In this document: in pieces, positions 1-14,100 of the stretch
How the letters are laid out: every line of letters starts with the position of its first letter
Position numbering within the stretch: the stretch's first letter is position 1
NCBI GenBank assembly: GCA_020137815.1
Contig: CM035359.1
Location: 2,170,001 to 2,234,000 of the forward strand
Direction: 5' to 3'
Length of the DNA: 64,000 bases
Origin: Hormiphora californensis
Taxonomy: Eukaryota; Animalia; Ctenophora
Program-made: the position numbers and the translations under genes
Notes under the pieces: model-generated
What the model saw: the letters and a program-made list of their open reading frames with translations, nothing else
Told to the model about the DNA's origin: nothing
Database searches by the model: none

Positions 1-1030
1 TGTTAGCAATCCAAAAACAAAAAGAATTTCTCCTTTATCAAGAAACTAAACAAGTTAGGGGTGTTCTATTTTGTTGTGGCGTCCCTGAATTGTGTAATTT
101 ACATTTTAAAAGTTTCTTATAAAAAAGTTTCTTACTAAAGCGTTTCTTAAAAAACGAGAGTAAGGTAATAGTATTGAATATTCTTGAATATAGTATTGAA
201 TATTCTTATAGTATTGAATATTCTTACCCTGGAAATGTTTCGCACTAATTACTGGCTGTCTTGTGTTTTGAAACAAATGTTGGCCTGACAGAGGACGCAA
301 CAATATAGGTCTTTCTAACAATGGGGCTGTTTGTTGAAGATGCACATTTCTGCTACATCGGTGCTAAATTTGAGGGGTAAGTGCAATACCTACATAGATG
401 TCTGTCTACCAAGTCTAAAATAGGGGGACTATATGTCTAGACAAAGACCAGTTAGGATAGTCTACAAAGATGTGTTGGACGAGATCAGGTATTGAATATT
501 CTTACCCTGGAAATGTTTCGCACTAAGTACTGGCTGTCTTGTGTTTTGAAACAAATGTTGGCTGTTTTCCCAATCGTTACCTCATTCATAGTTAAACCTT
601 TCAGCGACTTTAAAAAATCCTGGGCGGAAATAATATTAATCTCAAAGTGCCAAATCCTGGGCGGAAAATAATATTAATCTCAAAGTGCCAAAGTTTGATA
701 GGATATTGCTATTATTTGAGAGTATATCATTAATTAAGGGTAATCACCTCAGGATTAATTCTCCAAACTGACTCCCTTAGTTGGCGGAAGTGATTAGCAA
801 AACACTCGATAGCACAGATATCAGTTCCTTCTAGAGTGGTTGTGTTGTAGCTGCAGGACCGAGAAGAACGTCTAGTGGTATCCGAGTATTTCATCAGGCA
901 GTCCTAAAAGTAGGTTCATACAATTTAGATAGAATATAAAGAAAAGAGAGAAAGAAAGATCACTCGATTTGCTATCGGTACGATCGCCCTAGTTCTACTT
1001 CTACTACTATAAGTCTTAATAATTAACAAA

Positions 1031-4000
1031 TTATTCCTTCTGAGGACCTACCAAGATGACGGTTTTGGTAAAAAGCTGGACTCGTTCCTTAAAATACTTC
1101 TCGGCGTTTGGGTAAACTGATGTGTCTTCATTCATCGTTTCTCTTGTAGCCGATAGTAACAACTGTTCCGCACTCCCATTCAAAGACGACCCTTCACTCG
1201 ATTTATTCTGGGGATTTGGAACTTTGAATCGGCAAGTGTTAATGGTGGAACGCACTGGGAACGCACCTAAATGAAACAATAGAAGCTATAGACTCCTGAT
1301 TTTAGCCAAAGTACCTTATTCACGTCCCCACTGACCTGATCATATTTGATGTTTAGACCAATTTTGAACTTGCCACAAAGATGCCACATAACTAGGTCCA
1401 GAAGACATCGTAGAGACGAGACTATATTGATTGCTAACAAGATGACATTACATTGGGATGATCTTTTATCCAGTAATTTCGTGTGGCTGAGGAGGGTTTT
1501 AGTCATCAGAGACAGGCATTATATTATAGTAGTAAATTTTTATAATCGAAACTAGATGTTTTGTTGCAATCATCAGAATCCTTGATCCTTTGAACTTATT
1601 AGTTCAGACTGTGACTTACCTTGCAATTAAATCCAGGACGTTATCTGGGAATGTAAACAGGAAAAATATCGCAACCAACCGAAGTAGATTACTGAAAAAA
1701 GGATTGCAATGAACGATTAGCCTGACTATCTTACTTCTGTCAGCACGACCACTCTCCTCGCTCTGATCTCAGTACGAGAAAGGGTGATGCAGATTGCAGA
1801 TGTCAGATATTCAGCCTTGTCTTACTTCAAGTGATGGGCGTCGAACCAGAGTTTTAGCTTTTTAGCTTGGAGTCCTATTGACAGTGCTACGATCCATGTT
1901 AAAATGAAGCAGACCGTAATCGCAGAACTGAAATCTGAAAATGAAGAGCGAAAATTAGTGCCTGCATGAATTAGGATTAATCATAATCATAATCAAACAT
2001 TCACTCACTCATTAAACATTTGATAAAGGCACTCACCACCCAGTCTTCAAACTTACAGAGAAAGAATCTAGCAAAGTGGGTGTGTTTATGAACGTGGATC
2101 TTTTGACATCGTGTCTGGTATCCGAATCTGTTTAGGAGGACATATTTATCTGCCACTTCCTGAAATTTTGCATTTCATTTGGTTTGGATCGCTGCCACAT
2201 CGTGTGCTAACAGGGAGCTCATGACGTCATACGATGACGTCATATTACGTCATTACTTACATGTGACATCTCTCTGAGGTGAAACACCCCTATTGTTACG
2301 TTGAGGGCTTCGAAAAGTATGGCTATGAAAAACAACGTTCTGAAACAGATATTAAAAAGAACTTGGACACTTATTTGACGGTCACTAGGGGACTGCTGCA
2401 GCGTAGGCCAAATGGCTCTGAATATCAGCTATTTCTTTTACATTGGGGGGATGAATTTACCTGAATCTTGCTTTATACTTCCTATTCAGAGGGAACATTA
2501 GATAACTGAATATCACAACCACCACAATGACTTCCCAGATCTCTGGTATGGAAAGATAGACAAAGAAAGTTAAGACATGAGGAAGAATGAAAACTCAGAT
2601 CACCTCTCTAATGTGACTCACTGACTCACCTCCCAAAGTGTTTGGATCCATTGCAATCTATTTTCGCTTTGCTAATAATACAGGGTGTCCCACTGTCTTT
2701 GCGTGACCTGTGATTTTGGGTGATGAGTGGGTTCCATTCATATGCTCATAACTCATCGAAAAATAGGTCAAAACGGCTCAACCAAAAACAGTGTTGTAGA
2801 GAATTGTCAGGCGAACATCTGGGTACAAGATTGATGTTCCAAGTTTTACCAACCGTCAGATATATCGTCTTAAAGTCAAAAATACGTGTTCATGAAATCC
2901 GACCGGGGTTCACGTTTTGAAAAATTCACATATGCAAAGTTGCTCGGATCACATTGCATCCCTCATAAGAGTTGTAGGAAATTGTCTGGCGGTCACTTTG
3001 GTACCCGGGTTTTTGTCCTAGCTTAATGTTTAGACTGTCCTATGACTGTCTAAAGACGAAATTCAACCAACATTTTTGAGGGGATCACGTGTCATCAACA
3101 AATGGGTAAAATGGTTTGAAATTTATAAGGGCTTGATTGGAATCGTCTAAGGTTCATTTTGATACCACGATATTATCCATAGCTCTACGTTTTAGTTGCG
3201 TTATGACTGTAGGAACATAAAGATTTGTCAACGCTGAGTCTTAGTTGGTATCGGCTCACAACGCCTAATTAGGTGGCTCGGTGTCGTGTGTAATCCCATG
3301 ATAATCAGCACATATCGTCTCAATTTCATCTAGACACTTGACAGGGTTGTTATGACGATTTGGCAAGGCCCCTGTTAATGTGTAGGATACGCAAGTGGTC
3401 TATCTCAACCCTATCATGCACTAAGATGTTATTCAAGTAGCAATGAGCTTCATAACAGGGCAAAATGTAATGCGATACCTGAGACCACTTTTGTGAAAAT
3501 TCCAGTTCTGACAGTCATAAGACACTCTAAACATTGAGCTAGGACAAAAACTCGGGTACCAAAGTGACCGCCAGACAATTTCCTACAACTCTTATGAGGG
3601 ATGCAATGTGATCCGAGCAACTTTGCATTTGTGAATTTTTCAAAACGTGAACCCCGGTCGGATTTCATGAACACGTATTTTTGACTTTAAGACGATATAT
3701 CTGACGGTTGGTAAGACTTGGAACATCAATCTTGTACCCAAATGTTCGCCTGACAATTCTCTACAACACTGTTTTTGGTTGAGCCGTTTTGACCAATTTT
3801 TCGATGAGTTATGAGCATTTGAATGGAACCCACTCATCACCCAAAATCATAGGTCACGCAAAGACAGTGGGACACCCTGTACTATAATAATATAATAATA
3901 ATATAATAATATAATAATATGTATGTGAGATTGATCTCGGTCGCTGTGCGACCTCAATCTCACTCAGGTGTCAATGTCACCCCAAGTGTGACTCACCTCT

Positions 4001-4812
4001 CCAAGTGCAGTGTGACTCACCTCTCCAATTGTGACTCACCTCTCTAAGTGTGACTCACCTCTCCAAGTGTGAATCACCTCTCCAATTGTGACTCACCTCT
4101 CCAATTGTGACTCACCTCTCCAATTGTGACTCACCTCTCTAAGTGTGACTCACCTCTCCAAGTGTGACTCACCTCTCCAAGTATGACTCACCTCTCCAAG
4201 TGTGACTCACCTCTCGAATTGTGACTGACCTCTCCAAGTGTGACTCACCTCTCCAAGTGTGACTCACCTCTCCAAGTGTGACTCACCTCTCCAATTGTGA
4301 CTCACCTCTCCAGTTGTGACTGGCAGCGTTAACATGGTAACCCACTCGATCTAAAATTCCAGCTTTCATTGAAACCATTTTATTTTCTGCACCAAGTAGA
4401 AATGATATACACTGGACTGTGACCATTACCAGACGCACCATATCGCCCAGGAGAACCATATTGAACTGTTGAGGAGGGGAATCGTATAATGGAGATGAAG
4501 AATTTTAAGATGTTGCCAACCCTTTCTCACAACTAGAACAGCTGCGACGAAAGAAAGTTTATGGTTACCTGACCTCCATGTTACTGCAATACCCTCATGT
4601 ACGTACCACCGTTAGAGGGACCTGCAGCGTACATGCCAACTCACCTCCAGTCTTGGACGGCTTTGGGTAAAGTTTTCAATAATCCAGTGCCGGATAATAA
4701 TACCAAATAGCACTGCCATAATCACTCTCTCCACAAGTAGCACGTACACGAGGATGGTGTCGTATGTCGTGTAGTAGGCATGGGAGGTAGTGTTGAAATC
4801 TTCAACTTCCAT
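1031..4812 (-). CDS. Multi-exon divergent seven-transmembrane (GPCR-like) protein
   Basis: Phase-compatible GT-AG exons 4645-4812, 4306-4465, 2461-2542, 2261-2339, 2057-2159, 1826-1934, 1620-1691, ~1315-1486, plus a last exon near 1031-1267 (frame uncertain). Seven hydrophobic segments, e.g. ILVYVLLVERVIMAVLFGIII, IWEVIVVVVIFSYLMFPL, LLRLVAIFFLFTFPDNVL, VILLAINIVSSLRCLLDLVMW. Confidence 0.75.
2681..3879. mobile_element. Tc1/mariner-type non-autonomous element with ~370-bp terminal inverted repeats
   Basis: TA|CAGGGTGTCCCACTG...CAGTGGGACACCCTG|TA; arms ~2681-3050 and ~3510-3879 give mirror ORFs (2720+ and 3840-); lies in an intron of the 7TM gene. Confidence 0.9.
3982..4315. repeat. 19-bp tandem repeat (aagtgtgactcacctctcc), ~17 copies, equal to the amplified 5' splice site of the 7TM gene
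   Basis: The reverse complement ggagag|GTGAGTcacactt continues directly from the end of exon 2 at 4306. Confidence 0.9.
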
Positions 4813-5150
4813 TGCATGTGTAACACTAAGTTGTTTACATTGAGTTCTAGGAAGGATCAGGTTTTAATAGTTGAATCTATTTCCTGTCAATGTTACAAAC
4901 AAAACTTGAAACAAACAAAAGCAATGCACTTTTGTGTGTGAGCTGCCTAGCAGTAGAAACTTGATCTATGCTTATCAGGAGGCTGTAATTTTATAGGTCA
5001 GATGATAGAAGCTTTTTTTTATTTCTATACAAAACTCTAACAATTCTAATGAAACTAACCAGCAACACTTCTGATAAAAGGTTCACATGTCAAACTAAAT
5101 AGAGAGACATAATATTGGTGTGATAATAACAGTGGGAGCTGAAGTAAGAG

Positions 5151-8100
5151 ATGGGGTGCGGAGCATCATCAGCACAACTTACAAGGGAACAACTTCACCA
5201 ACAACCCCGTCTACAAAACTGCACACATGCGGCTGTCAAACAACAGCAGCAGCAGTTGGCACCTGACCCCCGAGTAGCCCAGCAACAACAACAGGTACAG
5301 CTGAGTATTTTTACCGGACACTCCGTTTTAATCCTTCCTCCGAGCATCCGGGTAAATCCAAGTGCAAATACTGTATCACTGTAACCCCCCCCCCCTATAT
5401 AATCTAGGTGAACACCAATGGTGCAGCTGAGAAAAGCGTGAAAAAAGAAAGTTCACCAAAGGATAAGAAAAAGAAGAAGAAAGAACGGAGAGGTTCTAGC
5501 TCCAGCTCGGATAGTTCAAGTGTAAGTTCCTGCAGATTACTAAATCGGGGTCCGACTTTATTTAGTTTGTCTGTACCGCTTTGTGTTTCAGGATAGTTCA
5601 GATTCTGAAAGCGAGGCTGCTCCCGCGAAAAACAAGAAATCAAAGAGTGACGTCATCACAAAAGATTTGCTGAAGGAGTATCTAAACCGGGAAATAGATA
5701 TGCTGACCATGGAACTCAACCAGCCAGAGGTAACATTGTGTGGCTCCCACCGTGATGGTTCGGTAGATCAAAGGTAGTTAACTAGTTCAGTATAATTTAA
5801 AGCAACAAAAAAGCAACAAATAGAGATGATCCGATTTCAAATAATTTCTAAAATCTTTAATTTTGTATCAGGTCGTTCTAAAGCAGCTGCTAAGTGAAAA
5901 AGATCAGACAACCAAAACTTTGGAGGAAACACAGAAACAGTTGCACGCCCAAAAACAGATATGGTGAGAATTACTAACTGTGGTCCTTCAAATTGGGAAT
6001 ATCTTTATGTGCCTTAGGGTCTAACGGTGTATAAGGTCCAAATGAGGCACGGAGTTTTTCTGAATCAGCTTTTCAAGACGAATCCAACGCAACCGGAATT
6101 AGTTTTTTCTTCTTATCGGGAAGATATGGTTCACTTTTTTTCATTTTTAAGCCATGCGAGCCAATCAGAGGGCTGGATTTCGAAATGCTGGCCTCTGATT
6201 GGCTCGCGCAGCAAAAATGACTAAAAATGAGCGTGTGTAAACCGAACCTTCCCGATAAGATAGAAACTAGAGAGCTAATTCCGGTTGTGTTGGACTCGTC
6301 TTGAAAAGCTGATTTAGAAAAGCTCCGTGCCTCATTTGGACCTTATACACCGTCAGACCTTTAATCCACCTTCACTTTTTAATCTAACACCAATTTTCCA
6401 GTATGCGAGAGTACCAGGACCTGACAAACCTACAAATGTTGATCCAGCAAAGGCAGCATGTTTCCCAGGAGACTTGGGACCAGGAACAGAAGGAATACGT
6501 TGAAGGTATGCCTGGGATCTTTGCACCCTTTTTGCACGTCGAGGGACGAGGGTCAGACCTTTTTAATTCAGCTTCTGCCATTTACTTTTATTTGTTACTG
6601 TTTTGTCCAGTTTTTATCTCCAACACCAGAGTACAACAAGCACCAGCAACTGGAGATTGCCCATGAAAAGTTGGTTAAGGACAGTAAAGATCTGGATGTT
6701 AAGATTCAAACTTCCAGTGCAAACGTCCAGAAACTTCTCAAACTTAGGAAACGTCAGGTCAGTAGAAAAGAGAAACTGAGATATTTAGGTGCCGGCAGGC
6801 ACCTCCGACCCGAAGAAAACAGAAAAAACGAAAAAAAAAATTTTTGCCCCTGCACCAAATCCAAAAAGTGACGGCCCTATTTAGGTGCCGGCAGGCACCT
6901 CCGACCCGAAGAAAACAGAAAAAACAAAAAAAAATTTTTGCCCCTGCACCAAATCCAAAAAGTGACGGCCCTATATATACAAAGAATAGAAGATTTTCGG
7001 GGGGGGGGGGGGGGGGGGGGGGGCAAATTTCAGGCAGCGATTGCGGCCACATCGTTTGAGATATCGACCTGAAATTTTGTAGGCATGTTCTAGTAGTATA
7101 ACTACGTGTCATAACGTGGCCGGATTTTTGATTTTTTAATTAATTAATTAATTATAAGCTATCAAAATTTGCCCCTGCACATTGCCCCTGTACATTTTGA
7201 TTTTTTGCCCCTGCACGCGTGCCCCTGCACACGGTTTATCTTCCGTTCTGCTTGAAATATTGACTTGAAACTTTGTAGGAATGTTCTTCAATCATAAAAA
7301 ATGATATTCGAAAAGTGGGAGTATTGAAAATTAATTAATTAATTAGTTATAGGCATGCAAAAATGGACTTTTTTAGGGCCCCCTGCACTTTTTTTGAAAA
7401 TGTACAGGGGCAAATACCCCTGCACATTTTTTGCAATTTTGATATTCAAACTGTGGCCAAACCGTTTGTTTTTTCGAAATGAAACTTTGTATGCATGTTC
7501 TAGTAGTATAACTACGAGTCATAAAAAGGCTGGATTTCTTATTTTTAATTTAACTAATTAATTATAAGTAATTAAAATTTTGCCCCTGCACCATCTTTCC
7601 CCTGCACCGCTGATTTCGACCCCCTGCACATTTCCTGAACAAGGCAACTAAAAATGGTATATTTTCTGTTCTGCTATAAATAACGACCTAACATTTTGTA
7701 GTAATGTAGTTCATGCATATAGAAAGATCGACAAAAAGTGGGAATAGTCAAAATTAATTATCCAATTAATTATAAGCAATTAAAATTTTGCCCCTGCACA
7801 TTTTGCCCCTGTACATTTGCGGCAAATGTTGCCCCTGCACATTTTCGGTAAATTTGATATTCGAACTGTGGCCACACCGTTTGAAATTTCGAAATGAAAC
7901 TTTGTATGTATGTTCTAGTAGTATAAATACGAGTCATAACGGAGCCGGATTTTTGATTTTCTAATTAATTAATTAATAATAATCAATTAAAACTTTTGCC
8001 CCTGCACAGTTTTGGCAAATTTGATATTCAAACTTTGAGCCTTTGTGAAAGTTTCATCCAGTTGCTGGCGATAGACTCGATAGAGTTCGATTAATTTACC

Positions 8101-11100
8101 ATGACAACGGAGTTGGTTACCATAGTAACCAGGGAATTCGTTGTAAAATAGTCCTTTCTTGCTATAAACTCGGCATTTAGATCAAATTTGAGCACCTCTA
8201 AAACAAATAAGAGCATTAACTTAATTAATGATTAATTAACGTGGTGAGATACAAAATTGATTTTATTCTACTCGCACTAATGCAAGGGCATTTCACAGTT
8301 TGGTGCCGTTATTTTTGTCTCTATTTTTAATAGGATTTTGGGATTAGACTGAAAGTATGGGATCATTTGAGAAGTAGTGAAGATTTAAAATATGTTAGCA
8401 ACTTGCCGGTTCGACAAACTAAACCCCTATAATTCCAACTTCGGGTCGGACGAGGGGAAGCTTGCCTTTTGCGATCATATATACAAAGAATAGAAGATTT
8501 TCGGGGGGGGGGGGGCAAATTTCAGGCAGCGATTGCGGCCACATCGTTTGAGATATCGACCTGAAATTTTGTAGGCATGTTCTAGTAGTATAACTACGTG
8601 TCATAACGTGGCCGGATTTTTGATTTTTTAATTAATTAATTAATTATAAGCTATCAAAATTTGCCCCTGCACATTGCCCCTGTACATTTTGATTTTTTGC
8701 CCCTGCACGCGTGCCCCTGCACACGGTTTATCTTCCGTTCTGCTTGAAATATCGACTTGAAACTTTGTAGGAATGTTCTTCAATCATAAAAAATGATATT
8801 CGAAAAGTGAGAGTATTGAAAATTAATTAATTAATTAGTTATAGGCATGCAAAAATGGACTTTTTTAGGGCCCCCTGCACTTTTTTTGAAAATGTACAGG
8901 GGCAAATACCCCTGCACATTTTTTGCAATTTTGATATTCAAACTGTGGCCAAACCGTTTGTTTTTTCGAAATGAATGTATGCATGTTCTAGTAGTATAAC
9001 TACGAGTCATAAAAAGGCTGGATTTCTTATTTTTAATTTAACTAATTAATTATAAGTAATTAAAATTTTGCCCCTGCACCATCTTTCCCCTGCACCGCTG
9101 ATTTCGACCCCCTGCACATTTCCTGAACGAGGCAACTAAAAATGGTATATTTTCTGTTCTGCTATAAATAACGACCTAAAATTTTGTAGTAATGTAGTTC
9201 ATGCATATAGAAAGATCGACAAAAAGTGGGAATAGTCAAAATTAATTATCCAATTAATTATAAGCAATTAAAATTTTGCCCCTGCACAATTTTGTTTGCC
9301 CCTGCACATTTTTTGCAACTTTGATATTCAAACTGTGGCCAAACCGTTTGTTTTTTCGAAATGAAACTGTGTATGTATGTTCTAGTAGTATAACTACGAG
9401 TCATAACGGAGCCGGATTTTTGATTTTCTAATTGATAAAGTAATAATAATCAATTAAAAATTTTGCCCCTGCACCAATTTGCCACTACACAGTTTTGGCA
9501 AATTTGATATTCAAACTTTGAGCCTTTGTGAAAGTAATGAAAAATATTTATTTCAGGTTATATGATGAACAATAAGCTATAAAAATGCCCCTTTTTGTTA
9601 CACAAGCCTGTGCTTGGTATCGAGGACACCTCACACTCTGTCGCCGGGCGACCTTCGCGCGTGCGCTGGCAATGGGTAACTTCGTAACCAAAGCCTGTGC
9701 ATTGTGTACAATGAAATGGATAAATTTCATCCAGTGGCTGGCGGTAGAACTTGAAAGAGTTCGATTGATTTACCATGACAACGGATTTGGTTACCATAGC
9801 AACCAGGGAATTTGCCGTAAAATAGCCCTTTCTTGCTATAAACTCCACCTTTAGTTCAAATTTGAGCACCTCTAAAACAAATAAGAGCATTAACTTAATG
9901 GGATTAGATCATTTGAGAAGTAGTGATGATTTGAAATATGTTAGAAACTTGCCGGTTCGACAAACTAAACCCATATGATTCCAACTTCGGGTCGGACGAG
10001 GGGAAGCTTGCCTTTTGCGAACATATCTACCGGACTGATATATATTTCTATGAATTGGATTCTTCAAGATTTCATAATATATATTGGATGATAATCCGTT
10101 CACTTTTAGGATGACATCCTTCTAAAAACGTTTGATGGGAGTTACGGAAGTGCAAAGGAGGCAGAGATCGAGGAGTATGTTGACAAGTTGAAAGATTTCC
10201 GGAAAAACATCCTCAACACTAAATCTCAGTAAGTTTTGTTTGTCTACAAATTATTTAACACTGTGTTTATCTTACACTACGACCATATTAGGTGGGAACG
10301 AGGTTTACAGTATACCAAAACAGCGAACACACAATACTGGAGAACAATCCAAATTTGGAACAATATTCTGAAGCAACCTCGGGCCGACTTACGGTGGCAG
10401 AACTGTGCACAGGTTTCAAATCTGCTAAATGCGGGAGGGCAGAACAGTAAACACGCTCTAAACTGCATGAAAGGTAAAAACTAATTTCCATACATTTCCA
10501 GTTAAGTGTATATAAAGATGTGGAGAAAAGATTCTAAAATATGTGCTTTCTCGCGAGACACAGATGACAGAATTATCAAAATCTTGATATTGAAACACCG
10601 ATCTATTTCAGCACAAACCTCAATCCCTTACTTTACGGATCAATTCTTCCGGGAGGTTGAGACGAGCAGGCGGAATACATACACTGCCTGTCAGCCGCAG
10701 TACTTCAATACCTTCTTACAGGTGACTAGTAGTCTGTAGTCGAGTAGTAGCCAGGCAAAGTAATATAGGAAACCAAGACAAACTCTATTATTGGGATCAT
10801 GCATTATGTAGGATATAATGTTTGCTTGGTATTAGGTCACGGCATATATAACAAACGAAGCCTAGCACGTTTTTGTAGGAAGAGAAATTTGGGTTTTTAT
10901 CTCTTTTATATATCAAAATAATATGTTGTTGAGTACTCAAACCCCGACTCATCCCCTCCCTATTACAGTGGCTGTGGTATTACCAGCAAAACGCTTCATA
11001 TCTCGAGCAATGGATAGCAAAGACTTTGGCACAAACCATCGAGGGTGACCTGACCAAGGTGAATGGGTACTTAGCTGTTGCAGACGCTGACCTTCGGACA

Positions 11101-14100
11101 GAGCGGAAAAAGTAAGAAATAATATGTTTTTTAATTAAAAATCAACGGGAGAAGATACATTTTAAAGTTTACCCCCTCCCCAGGTTGATCATTGCAAAAG
11201 TGAAGGAGAAGTTTGGTGAGGATGAGGTTGGCAGTGAGGTGGCTCAACAGGTTCGTGATCTAATTTGGGGAAGTGTGCCAAGTCCATACAAATATGTAAT
11301 CAGGAAAATGAAAATAATCCCCCTTGCTCAGCTGAATCTGAGATATAGCACGGTTTAATCCATCCCATATTTAGGAAGCTGAGATAGCACGATTAAGCGA
11401 GGAAGTTAGCAAGTTACAGAGTGTCGAGGTCCAGACAAATGTGGTTCAAGTTGGGGGAGAGGGGGAAGGAGGAGAGGGATCCGTTCCCACTGCACCCGGT
11501 GCATCTCAAATGGTTAGTCAATTGTAGCGGTTCTGGTTTCACTTTGGTAATGAAATTACCCCTCTGTTATTATTGCTCACGGTATGCAATAAAAGGGGTG
11601 ACTTCGTAACCAAGGTTTCACCACTGTGTGTTGGGTACGCAATAAGGGTTCACGCCCATGACAGCAAACGCTTTTATAAGTTCAAATAAAATCATAACGG
11701 TCCGCCTAATATTCATTTTCCGTGGATATTTTAACTTCTATAACAATTACTTTATTTCTTTTCATTTCCTCTGTCTGTGTTTGCATGTTCAGTGTACATC
11801 AGTGTACATCAGTGTACATCAGTGTACATCTGTGTACATCAGTGTACATCAGTGTACATCAGTGTACATCAGTGTACATCAGTGTACATCAGTGTACATC
11901 AGTGTACATCAGTGTACATCAGTGTACATCAGTGTACATCAGTGTACATCAGTGTACATCAGTGTACATCAGTGTACATCAGTGTACATCAGTGTACATG
12001 AGTGTACATCAGTGTACATGAGTGTACATCAGTGTACATCAGTGTACATCACCTCACAACGTAGCCTCAGGGTGACACAGCCGCAAGATCAGAAGTCAAA
12101 ACAGAACTGCAACCATCAGATAAGGGTTTTGGATTTGAGTTGGCCGAGAGAGAGGGAGGTGGGGTGACTGTTTTTAGATTGGAACCAGGCTGCCCCGCAT
12201 CTGCATCGGGGACCATTCTTGTCGGGGATACTATTCAGTCGGTATGTGGTTATTTGTTGAGTAACAAGTAGTTATAGAAATCGGTTTATCAATGATCAGT
12301 TACAAACTAGAAGTATGGAGAAATATTTTAACGGTCTCAAATTAGTCATAATTTAGCGAATTATACGACCCTTTCTCTCTACCAGATAAATGGGGTAGAT
12401 GTCACTGCGATGACCAAAGCTCAAGTTGATGACCTCATCCGAAATAGTTCTAGTGGGATGTTGATCATTGTAGTGGTACGAAGAGAGGGACCACATTCCC
12501 TTGTAAAGTAAGTGCTTCAGGGCACATTGCGAGTTACCTTGCCAATTTTTGGAGAATTTTTATTCCAATTTATTCATTTTTTATAAATTAGTGCACCTAT
12601 AATTAACAATTACTATTGTAATTACTAATTCTCTGTGTTTTAGCAGGCAGGAATCGGAAGAAGAGGAGAAGGCTCGTACAGCTGAGATTGAGTCCCAGAA
12701 ACGCTTGAATGAAGCGCTGGCGAACATGGCCCGCCTTGAGACCGAAGTGGCAACATATGCAGCCAAAGAGGAGGATGAGGCCAAGGCTGCTCAGTCTGAA
12801 GCTGAGGAGAGGAAAGTTAGGGAGGTTGAAGCTGAGACTGCTAGAGCTGCAGCTGCTGCAGCAGCAGAGGCAGCAGAGGTGGAAGAGAAGGAGAAATTAA
12901 TTAAAGAAGCCGAAGAAGCTGCAAAAGGTATATATCAATGTTGGTCGAATTTTGAGTTTTATTTGGGTATCTAATCTATGAGATCTTCCCTTCTCAAAAT
13001 CTTGTGGTGATCGGGTATGCCTTGCTAGTGATTTCATGAAAAGGAGGTGTTATAATATAGTGAATAATACAGTGCTCGAGTAATTAGATCTTCCCCTGCT
13101 TACTACAGTGACTCGATCACATTTTCTAGTAGTAGGGTTACCATAGTTACTAAAAACAATATCTCTCTACAGCGGCCGAAGAAGCGAAAGCGGAGGCGGC
13201 TAAATGGCAAGCGATTGCCGAGGAAGCGGAGAGAAAAGCTTCTGAAGAACGTGAAGCTCACAAGAGAGCCACAACTGAGAGAGAAGAAGCTGAGAAAGAG
13301 GCAAAAGAGGCCGAGGAATCAGCCAAAAAAGCTAAAGAAGAACTACAGCGAGTCAGCAATCATGCAATTGTGACTCAGGTGGGTTATCCTAGGCCCTAGC
13401 TTCAATTCCTAGTTCGCCAGAAATTCATGAATGACTTTCATTGTTATTGTCACTTGAATCATCTCCCGCTGTTTTTTTACAGAGCGACCAGACCACCACA
13501 GAAGCCGCATCAGGTATGTAGCGCGCGATGCAAGACAAGTAATCCACTGCGCGCGAGATCTCAAGGTTGCTAGGGGCAATGACATGAAACATCACTTATG
13601 ACGTCATTGGCATAGCCAATTCACTCGCAATTATACCACGTACATGTTTTTTAATTGCAAGTGAATCGCTGAGTCAACTTAATTGGCAAAACTCCAATTC
13701 TTTTCAGATTCTGCCGCTGCCCTGCCCGACTGGACGAGCGATGTTGATGCAATTATGAGCGGATATAGAAACTCCGTGGCTCAATATGAAAAGTAGGTCA
13801 ATATGTAGCAATATGTAGATATTTTAGCTTTACAATTAGTTTCATCTCTTCTGACTGTCCATGAACAGGGGTTTGACGAGTTATGATCATGCATTGTAAT
13901 TAGCTCCAGTCTTAGCTAGCATGACCCGTGTGCATATGTTTCATTTCATATGGTAGTACGTCAGACCCAGTACGTCGTGGATACTTGTCGAATAAGGGGT
14001 GACCCGTAAGTCCCCCTTAGTCAACAAGTAGATACAAGGGAAAGGCAGAGCGTGTAAAGAACTGTCAAAAGCAGTACAACTAAATCCCAAAGCACCTTAA

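Noticed and set aside
205-690. Short local duplications (211/489 and 615/652)
   Set aside because: Ordinary tandem/slippage duplications with no further structure.
3982-4315. CRISPR-like array
   Set aside because: Contiguous units with no unique spacers, no cas genes, and a eukaryotic context; the same applies to the arrays at 28.8 kb, 46.7 kb and 51.1 kb.
11658-12167. (HQCTSVYISV)n ORFs
   Set aside because: Intronic 10-bp tandem repeat.
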